In this document: in pieces, positions 27,201 through 33,741 of the stretch
Layout of the letters: the number at the start of each line of letters is the position of its first letter
Position numbering within the stretch: position 1 is the stretch's first letter
NCBI GenBank assembly: GCA_003131925.1
Contig: PKWC01000255.1
Coordinates: forward strand, 3,973-39,467
Direction: 5' to 3'
DNA: 35,495 nt
Origin: Alphaproteobacteria bacterium
GTDB lineage: Bacteria > Pseudomonadota > Alphaproteobacteria > Micropepsales > Micropepsaceae
The notes under the pieces: generated by a model
The model's input: the letters and a program-made list of their open reading frames with translations, nothing else
Database searches by the model: none
Told to the model about the DNA's origin: nothing
Program-made: the position numbers and the translations under genes

Positions 27201-27711
27201 GGTCCGCGGGTTCGCCAAGCAGCGTTTCCGCTGGGCTTTCGGGACACTGCAATGTCTGTGGAAATATCGCAGCATGACGTTCAATCCGCGCTATGGTGCA
27301 CTTGGACTCGTCGCGTTGCCCCAGGCGTGGCTGTTCCAGATTTTCCTGACTGCTCTCGCGCCGGTCGCGGACCTCATGCTGATCTGGCAATTGCTGTTCC
27401 AGTCGATCGCCTATCTCGAGCACGGCGCGGAGTTCAGCAACACCAATCTGGTCACCGTCGGTGTCTACTATGCGGTGTTCATGGTCGTCGATCTCCTCGC
27501 TGCGCTCTTCGGATTCTGCATGGAGCGGCGCGAGAACTGGAACCTGACCTGGTGGCTGATGTTGCAGCGCTTCGGCTATCGCCAGATCATGTATTACGTG
27601 CTCGTGCGATCCATCTCCACGGCATTGCGCGGCCGGTTCGTCGGCTGGTCCAAGCTCGAGCGCACCGGAACCGTAAAGGTGAACTACACGCGCGATTTGC
27701 CGGCGCATTGA
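24277..27711 (+). CDS. Three-domain fusion: GH18-like hydrolase + NodB/CE4 polysaccharide deacetylase + processive GT2 (PgaC/IcaA-like) synthase
   Basis: GH18-like GAVVDFE and LMAYDEH; CE4 motifs TFDDGP, GNHTFTH, FRPPY, LFHD; GT2 motifs IPAFNEE, VDDGSRD, GKANALN, ALDAD, AEDQD, QRFRW; TM segments at the N-terminus, middle and C-terminus. ATG 24277. Confidence 0.9.
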   Translation: MIDKPVFFDASGRRASRMSVFGRAAAVITTFIGIVFIGSLIVEPRVAGPNLPGRLSAINPAELVRRAFDPAMMNAAARLAAEARAERAKLVRAWRAQRALVAQAHSAKTALRPFPNRPLTVGFYLSTDELGYPDLKRVVSKLDWFVPAWMNLDGPDMKLVHNVDKRAISAIAHAKPNVAILPLVQNASNAVWNGQGMAELLSDPVRRHILLNGVVTYLAKNKFQGAVVDFESLPQSAYPDLATFLGAMKAAFKPHGWLVVVASPFDDDSWPYADYANLVDYTLLMAYDEHDDAAEPGSIAGQSWFEENLDERMAVLSPSRTIIGLGNYGYDWSEGKGEALSFQDAVIAARDSQARIVFDDRTNNPHFSYLEDDNSKHEVWFLDGVTAYNQIHAADPYQPAGYALWKLGSEDPSTWTVLGRRYGTPAPGGLRDIPTSQDVDFEGVGEILDVEARPTPGTRALDIDRDTGDIDDETYTKLPTPYVIRQVGASRKKLALTFDDGPDPQWTPQILDILKAKNVKATFFVIGENAEAYPEIVQRMVAEGHDVGNHTFTHPNLADTPGPAIVLELNATQRLFQALTGRSLRLFRPPYLGDAEPSDEPELRPVELAQSLGYITVGMHADPVDWALPGTDAILQRTLAAVHAKNPDQRANIVLFHDAGGDRSQTVAALPNVIDTLRAQGYQFVPVAQLAGLTRAQAMPRLPVTATLIMDRLVFLALSWTGVILYYCFLTAIFLGIGRLLVWCVLAMFNRPREAEQAAPPASTNPSRVSVIIPAFNEEKVIATTVERILASDHRNIEVLVVDDGSRDATAAIVEQQFGADARVELVRIANGGKANALNIGLARAQGDVIVALDADTQFCADTISRLVRWFADPHVGAVAGNAKVGNRINTITRWQALEYIVSQNLERRALAALDTLTVVPGAVGAWRRSVLEELGGFTASTLAEDQDLTIAVQRAGYRVLFDASAIAWTEAPATVRGFAKQRFRWAFGTLQCLWKYRSMTFNPRYGALGLVALPQAWLFQIFLTALAPVADLMLIWQLLFQSIAYLEHGAEFSNTNLVTVGVYYAVFMVVDLLAALFGFCMERRENWNLTWWLMLQRFGYRQIMYYVLVRSISTALRGRFVGWSKLERTGTVKVNYTRDLPAH

Positions 27712-27738
27712 TGGCCTCGGGCCGGCGCGCTCGTTCAG

Positions 27739-29196
27739 TTACTTTGGAACGAAGAATACCCCTTCGTCGTTGGCGCGATCGATTCGATAGTTGCGGCGGA
27801 TCGCGCCCTGCACATCGGGGGGCAGCGGAAATGGGTCCGTTTCGTCAAGCTCAATAGCCGAAAAATGACGTGCGTCGAGCAGGCCGATAAACGGCGCCGG
27901 GTTGCGCGCATGGGTGACGTACTGCTGGTCGAGATTGAACATGTCGACCTCCGCTGGTTTTCCGGCCCAGTAGCACAATGCCAGACTCTCGCACATCGCC
28001 GGTCCCCGATGGTTGCGCAGGAATGTGATGTCATCACTCGCCAGCGCTGCCTCATCCCGCATCGGATGCAGCCAGTATGCCGGCTCGCGCCAATCTGAAA
28101 CGGTGAACGCAATCATCGCTATCGGCAACAGGCAGAAAAATGCGAGCGCGCGGCTCGCAATGTGCGGCACGGGGCCTCTCCGGCGCGTGAGCACGTCCAG
28201 CGCAAGTCCCGCACCGAGCGCGAGCGCTATATCGGCGTCGAACATCGCGTTGACATCGACACCTGCGCCGCCGAGCAACCAGCCGCCCACAGCAACCGAT
28301 ATCGCCGCGTAAAGGGCGGACAGTGCGACAAACCGGTCGCGCCAGCGCCAGATCATCAAACCCAGGAGCGCGCAGAGCGGGATCAATCCGACCTCCAGCC
28401 AGCTCGATACGTTTTCGCGCAGCTGGGCAAACGAATAGGCGCGTGCCGAATTGAGGCGATCGAGCAGGTCGAACCCGAAAGTGATCCGGAATGCCAATAA
28501 CCCCGCAACCGACAACGCAGCGATCCAGACCGCGAATCGCAATGCATTGCGGCGGTCGTAGAGGGCCAACCAAATCTGCGCCGCGAGCGGCAGCGCAAAG
28601 AGATTGTGTTTCACGAAGCCGCCGGCCACAAAGAGCGATGCACTTGCGAATATCGCAAACGCTCCGCGCGGTTCGCGCAACAAAAAAGGAAGCGCCGCAA
28701 GCTGGAGTGCGTGTCCGAGAAGCTGGGGGTCATCCATACCCACATAGTCGGACGTAACGAGCAGAATCCCGGCAAAAAGCAGCGGCGCGAAGGCGGTCGC
28801 CTGCCACGCACCCTCCATGCGGCGAATTGCAATCGCGACGAACCAGGAACAGCAAAGGAACGACGCAAGTGATATGACGCGTCCGGCGATGATGTGATCG
28901 TCCAGCAATTTCCCCAGATAACCGACCACATAAAAGGAAAGCGGCGGATAGTTGTTTGTCGTCAAGCTGGCGGCCGACGGATAGAGTCCGTGTCCCGCAA
29001 GGGCTGCAGCTGCGTGGTAGGCGTTCCAGCCTTCATTCGGATCAAGAGAAACGTGAAGCGGTAGAACCGAAATCGCACGCACAACGCCTGCCACGCACAA
29101 TAGCGCGGCAGCCATGAGGAGAACAGGCAACATGGGCGTAAGCGCGTGGTCGAGCGCGTTCGCGCGCGCGTCTCCCTTGTCGCGAGAAGCGTTCAT
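27739..29196 (-). CDS. Polytopic membrane protein, putative GT-C-fold glycosyltransferase
   Basis: First loop LDPNEGWNAY...NNYPPLSFY, many hydrophobic segments and a small soluble C-terminal domain. ATG 29196 overlaps the upstream stop (ATGA). Confidence 0.6.
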   Translation of the reverse strand: MNASRDKGDARANALDHALTPMLPVLLMAAALLCVAGVVRAISVLPLHVSLDPNEGWNAYHAAAALAGHGLYPSAASLTTNNYPPLSFYVVGYLGKLLDDHIIAGRVISLASFLCCSWFVAIAIRRMEGAWQATAFAPLLFAGILLVTSDYVGMDDPQLLGHALQLAALPFLLREPRGAFAIFASASLFVAGGFVKHNLFALPLAAQIWLALYDRRNALRFAVWIAALSVAGLLAFRITFGFDLLDRLNSARAYSFAQLRENVSSWLEVGLIPLCALLGLMIWRWRDRFVALSALYAAISVAVGGWLLGGAGVDVNAMFDADIALALGAGLALDVLTRRRGPVPHIASRALAFFCLLPIAMIAFTVSDWREPAYWLHPMRDEAALASDDITFLRNHRGPAMCESLALCYWAGKPAEVDMFNLDQQYVTHARNPAPFIGLLDARHFSAIELDETDPFPLPPDVQGAIRRNYRIDRANDEGVFFVPK

Positions 29197-30782
29197 TGCG
29201 TACCGCAATCCTCACGGCGAATGCGGTAGAGAGAGAAGAAGCTGCCGGCATGCCGAAGCTCGAGCATGTCGGGCACACGACTCCTGTGTCCGCCGAGGTG
29301 CACCACGACGGCGACGTCGTAGTGGCACTGGAACCGGATCAGGTATGGAAAGACCTCCCGGATATCCTTGTCGTCGGTGACGTTTCCGGCGGCGAGATCG
29401 TCAAGTTCCGAAATGTCGGGCGGCGAGCCTTCCTGCGCGGACTTCGCGGCGATGCCCGCGACGGCCGGCTGCAGCCTGATCACGTGCTGGCCGGCAGTCG
29501 TGAAAAGAAGAGGCGTGAAGGCTCCACGGTCGATGATCGCATATTCCGCCATGTGCCAGTATGGCTGATCGGAGGCGAGCCCCATCGCGTCGCCGTCGAG
29601 CACCGTCACGAGCTTTGCGCCGGGCTCGATTTTCCCGGCTGCGGCGCGAAATTCCGCGAAACGCCGGTCGTAGTAGCGCCAATTGCCGGTCAGCGTTGCG
29701 GCACTCCACGCCGCAACGGCAAGCGCCGCCACGAGAAGGGCTGCTTCGGTCCGGCGCTCGAAGCGAAAATCGGCGGATGCGAATGCGATGGTTCCAAGTA
29801 CAGCAGGCAGACGCAGATCGACGCCCCAGCCGCCCATCGCCCACTCGGGCGCGAGGATACAGGCGATGGCGACAACGATGAGTCCGAACCTCATGCGCGA
29901 ATGCACGAAAATTTTTCCGCGCCACACGCCCACGGCAAAAAGCGCGGCCAACGCGGCGAGCAAAAGCCAGGCTGGCCGGTCGAAGGTGAATTGCACCGCC
30001 GCACTCAGTCGATCGATGATTGTATCGAGCAGGTTGAACGTGATCACTCCGCCGACGCCCTTCGGCTTGAAGAGAACAAAGGCGAGAGCCGAAGGAGCTC
30101 CGAGCACCGCGACATTTGCCAGGCGCGTGAGCGCCGCTCGAAATGAAATCGGGCGGTCACAGTTTGATACTTCGTAGCACGCGATAAGAACGAGAAGCGT
30201 TGCCGCGGCGAAGACGTGACAGAAATAGATTGCCAACGTGGCGAGCGCGAAGCCGGCGAGGTGCATCGGCCTGCCGCGATTTCCATCGGCAATCCAGCCA
30301 GCGAACCCGAAAAGGGCGAACCCCACGCCAAAAGTGTAGTTGAAGAAGCCCCACATGAAATTCGCGTTGTAGGCAAAAAAGCAGGCGAAGAGCGGAGCGG
30401 TGCCGATGCGACCATAGAGAGCCCAATGCACGGCTCCGGCGCCCAAAACCCATGTGGCAACAGTCAAGCTGAGGAAGATCGCCGTTGCCTGCGCGAGGCC
30501 AACAAGGTGTGAAAGGCAGGGCACAATCGCTTCCGACGCAAGATTCGGCACGAACGCCCATTGCACGCGGTAATACTGTGAGAGCGGGGACGATTTCGCA
30601 CCGCCCGCCAAGAGATCGAAACTCGCCAGGTGCGCGGGATAATCCGGCATGGCCGGCATGCGCGCCAACCAGATGGGCAGCACAAGCAGGAGTGCGGCGG
30701 CGAAAAGGGCCAGTGCAGGCCATGGCAGCCGAAGGCCGCCAATATTGCCCGTGACACGCACTGGATCGGGTTTTGGCCCCAT
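29193..30782 (-). CDS. Polytopic membrane protein, putative GT-C-fold glycosyltransferase
   Basis: First loop [12 protein letters not shown]...[10 protein letters not shown], then [15 protein letters not shown] and multiple TM segments, with a soluble C-terminal domain. Start uncertain (ATG 30782). Confidence 0.55.
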   Translation of the reverse strand: MGPKPDPVRVTGNIGGLRLPWPALALFAAALLLVLPIWLARMPAMPDYPAHLASFDLLAGGAKSSPLSQYYRVQWAFVPNLASEAIVPCLSHLVGLAQATAIFLSLTVATWVLGAGAVHWALYGRIGTAPLFACFFAYNANFMWGFFNYTFGVGFALFGFAGWIADGNRGRPMHLAGFALATLAIYFCHVFAAATLLVLIACYEVSNCDRPISFRAALTRLANVAVLGAPSALAFVLFKPKGVGGVITFNLLDTIIDRLSAAVQFTFDRPAWLLLAALAALFAVGVWRGKIFVHSRMRFGLIVVAIACILAPEWAMGGWGVDLRLPAVLGTIAFASADFRFERRTEAALLVAALAVAAWSAATLTGNWRYYDRRFAEFRAAAGKIEPGAKLVTVLDGDAMGLASDQPYWHMAEYAIIDRGAFTPLLFTTAGQHVIRLQPAVAGIAAKSAQEGSPPDISELDDLAAGNVTDDKDIREVFPYLIRFQCHYDVAVVVHLGGHRSRVPDMLELRHAGSFFSLYRIRREDCGTQ

Positions 30783-31026
30783 CGAAATCGTTCTTCTGTC
30801 CCCTTTTGTTCCAGCACGCCCTGCCGACATTTCGGCGCAATTTGTAGCCGATTCGAGAACCAGGGTGCGGTCCCATGGGGATCGATTGACCGTTTCGCCG
30901 CTTAGCTCTCTTGCAGGGTTTCGCCATCGAGGGCTTTTCGGCTATAGCCAGGCCCGGCACTTTCTGGCGGGATTCCTCAATGTTGCGGTTGAACGCGGTG
31001 GGAAAAAGAATAAGTCACGGGGTCAA

Positions 31027-31980
31027 ATGATGCGCGTCATTCTTGCACAGCCTCGGGGCTTTTGCGCCGGTGTCGTCCGCGCGATCGACATCGTTGAGCA
31101 TGCGCTCGAAAAATATGGCGAGCCTGTCTATGTGCGCCACGAGATCGTGCATAACCGTCACGTCGTCGAGGCGCTGAAGCGCAAGGGCGCCCGTTTCGTC
31201 GAGGAGCTCGACGAAGTGCCGCACGGCGCCGTGACCGTTTTCAGCGCACATGGCGTTCCCCAGGCAATTGTCCGCGAAGCGGCGCGCCGCGAACTTCCGG
31301 TCCTCGATGCAACATGTCCTCTGGTCTCCAAGGTGCATGCTCAGGGCAAGCGTTATGTGTCGAAAGGCCGCACGCTTGTCCTTATCGGCCACGCGGGCCA
31401 TCCCGAGGTCGAGGGAACGATGGGTCAGGTTGGCGCTCCGGTCCATCTCGTCTCTTCCGAAGCCGACGTGCAGGCGCTCGACCTTCCTGACGATGCGCCC
31501 GTCGCCTATGTCACGCAGACTACGCTCAGCATTGACGACACGCGCGGCGTGATCTCCGCACTCAAGCGGCGGTTCAGGAACATTGTAGGTCCGGATACAT
31601 CCGATATCTGCTACGCGACGCAGAATCGGCAGTCGGCGGTACGTGAATTGTGCAAGATCGCAGAAGTGATCCTGGTGGTCGGCGCGAAAAACAGCTCGAA
31701 TTCGAATCGCCTTCGCGAAATCGGACTCGAAGAAGGCGTTCCGAGTTATCTGATCGCTGATGGCAGCGAGCTGGACCCCACCTGGGTCGCCGGCAAGCAC
31801 ACAATCGGCCTTACCGCGGGCGCATCGGCCCCCGAGGAACTCGTTCGCAACGTGATCGACGCGTTGCGCCTGCTTGGCGAAGTCGAAGTCAGCGAAATGG
31901 ACGGCGTCGAAGAAAAGATCGAATTCCGCCTGCCCGCGGAGTTGAGAAACCGGAAACGCCAATCGGCGAATGTGGAGTAG
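31027..31980 (+). CDS. ispH: 4-hydroxy-3-methylbut-2-enyl diphosphate reductase
   Basis: [65 protein letters not shown]. Start ATG 31027 or 31030. Confidence 0.97.
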   Translation: MMRVILAQPRGFCAGVVRAIDIVEHALEKYGEPVYVRHEIVHNRHVVEALKRKGARFVEELDEVPHGAVTVFSAHGVPQAIVREAARRELPVLDATCPLVSKVHAQGKRYVSKGRTLVLIGHAGHPEVEGTMGQVGAPVHLVSSEADVQALDLPDDAPVAYVTQTTLSIDDTRGVISALKRRFRNIVGPDTSDICYATQNRQSAVRELCKIAEVILVVGAKNSSNSNRLREIGLEEGVPSYLIADGSELDPTWVAGKHTIGLTAGASAPEELVRNVIDALRLLGEVEVSEMDGVEEKIEFRLPAELRNRKRQSANVE

Positions 31981-31983
31981 GAC

Positions 31984-33132
31984 GTGGGAATTCCACTGAG
32001 ACAGGCCGCGCGCGTCGGCGCCTATGTGATGAAGCAGCATCTGGCGGGACGAAAGCGCTATCCGCTCGTGCTGATGCTCGAGCCGCTGTTCCGTTGCAAT
32101 CTCGCCTGCGCCGGCTGCGGCAAGATCGACTATCCCGACGACATCCTCAATCAGCGTCTCAGTTACGACGAATGCATGCAGGCGATCGACGAGTGCGGCG
32201 CTCCCGTCATCTCGATTGCGGGCGGCGAACCGCTGCTGCACCGCGAGTTGCCGCAGATCGTTCGCGGCTTTCTGGAGCGCAAAAAATTTGTCATCCTGTG
32301 CACCAACGCCCTCCTGCTCGCCAAGAAGATCGATCAGTTCCGCCCACATCGCGACTTCACTTGGTCGATCCATCTCGACGGCGACAAGGCGATGCACGAC
32401 AAGTCGGTCTGCCTCGAAGGCACGTATGAGAAAGCCGTCGATGCGATCAGACTGGCGAAATCGAAGGGCTTTCGCGTCAGCATCAATTGCACGCTGTTCA
32501 GCGATGCCCAGCCCGAGCGGGTTGCCGCCTTCTTCGACGAAATGAAGGCGATCGGGCTCGATGGCATGACGATTTCGCCCGGCTATGCTTATGAGCGCGC
32601 TCCGGACCAGGAGCATTTTCTCAATCGCGAGCGGACGAAGAATCTCTTCCGTGGAATATTTTCACGCGGCGACGGCGGCAGAAAATGGCCGATCAGCCAA
32701 TCCGCCATGTTCCTCGACTTTCTCGCCGGAAATCAGACCTATCACTGTACGCCCTGGGGCAATCCCACCCGGACTGTCTTTGGCTGGCAGAGGCCCTGCT
32801 ATCTTCTGGGCGAAGGTTACGCGCCGACGTTTCGCGAGCTGATGGAGGAAACCGACTGGGACAAATATGGCGTCGGCAATTACGAGAAATGCGCGAACTG
32901 CATGGTGCACTGCGGATTCGAAGCCACCGCCGTCATCGACAGCGTGACGCGCCCGTTGACGGCGCTCGGCGTGATGCTCAAAGGCGTGAGAACGGAGGGA
33001 CCGATGGCGCCGGAAATTCCGCTGGACCGGCAACGGCCGGCGCAGTTCGTGTTTTCATCCCATGTCGAACGCAAGCTCGCCGAGATTCGCAGAGGCAAAT
33101 CCGCCAACGAGCAGGTGGCGGCAGCGGAATAG
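31984..33132 (+). CDS. hpnH: Adenosyl-hopene transferase (hopanoid radical SAM)
   Basis: YPLVLMLEPLFRCNLACAGCGK radical SAM motif, CTPWGNPTRTVFGWQRPCYLL, CANCMVHCGFEATAV. Adjacent to shc/hpnG. Confidence 0.95.
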   Translation: MGIPLRQAARVGAYVMKQHLAGRKRYPLVLMLEPLFRCNLACAGCGKIDYPDDILNQRLSYDECMQAIDECGAPVISIAGGEPLLHRELPQIVRGFLERKKFVILCTNALLLAKKIDQFRPHRDFTWSIHLDGDKAMHDKSVCLEGTYEKAVDAIRLAKSKGFRVSINCTLFSDAQPERVAAFFDEMKAIGLDGMTISPGYAYERAPDQEHFLNRERTKNLFRGIFSRGDGGRKWPISQSAMFLDFLAGNQTYHCTPWGNPTRTVFGWQRPCYLLGEGYAPTFRELMEETDWDKYGVGNYEKCANCMVHCGFEATAVIDSVTRPLTALGVMLKGVRTEGPMAPEIPLDRQRPAQFVFSSHVERKLAEIRRGKSANEQVAAAE

Positions 33133-33741
33133 GATCGCGAACGCGATCTCCGCTTCCCACGCGGTGCGCAGAAGAGCCGGAATCTGTTGCGGTGCGCGCA
33201 GGAGCGACCACACCACCCCCATAAGGTCGATTCCACCCGACGGATTCAGCGCAACGCAAGCTGCCGGCGGAAGCGTGCGATCAGCTGCATCGGAGACCAC
33301 GCGAAGCGCCGCAAAGGGCAGGCCTCTCGACCGTGCCGCGCGCGCCGCGACATGCGACTCCATGTCAGCCGCTGACGCGCGAGTCGCCGCGTACAATTTC
33401 GCCTTGGCATCGCGATGACTCGCGATCATATCGATGCCGGCCAGGGGAGCCACCACCGCGCCCGGCACGCGCTGCGCGAGCTCGCGAGTCCACGATGTAT
33501 GTGTCGGAATCGATTCCGAGTCTGCGACGACCTCGGATGCGACGATTACGTCTCCCACGCGCAACTCGGGCGAGAGGGCGCCGCAAATGCCGATGCTCAG
33601 AACGCGGCGTGCGCGTTTTCCAAGCTCATCCGCCAAACGTCGCTCAAGCGAAACCGCATCGCCGCCGCCAACGACTGGCACGATTCTGGGATTCGCGATC
33701 AGGCGCGCTTCGCGCGCGAGACCTGTTACGGCAACTATCAT
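33055..33741 (-). CDS. hpnG: Hopanoid-associated phosphorylase/nucleosidase
   Basis: MIVAVTGLAREARL start overlapping the shc stop (TGATG); SIGICGALSPELRVGD, ADMESHVAA and ALRVVSDAADRTLP PNP/MTAN-fold motifs. Confidence 0.9.
   Translation of the reverse strand: MIVAVTGLAREARLIANPRIVPVVGGGDAVSLERRLADELGKRARRVLSIGICGALSPELRVGDVIVASEVVADSESIPTHTSWTRELAQRVPGAVVAPLAGIDMIASHRDAKAKLYAATRASAADMESHVAARAARSRGLPFAALRVVSDAADRTLPPAACVALNPSGGIDLMGVVWSLLRAPQQIPALLRTAWEAEIAFAILFRCRHLLVGGFASANLGELAFDMG

Noticed and set aside
26026-27708. 560-aa antisense ORF
   Set aside because: Shadow frame of the GT2 fusion, typical of high-GC DNA. No motifs or RBS.
30649-31026. N-terminal extension of IspH
   Set aside because: Overlaps the divergent gene and intergenic DNA. 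Homology begins at [14 protein letters not shown].
31015-32616. 533-aa antisense ORF
   Set aside because: Shadow of ispH-hpnH, with no recognisable domain.
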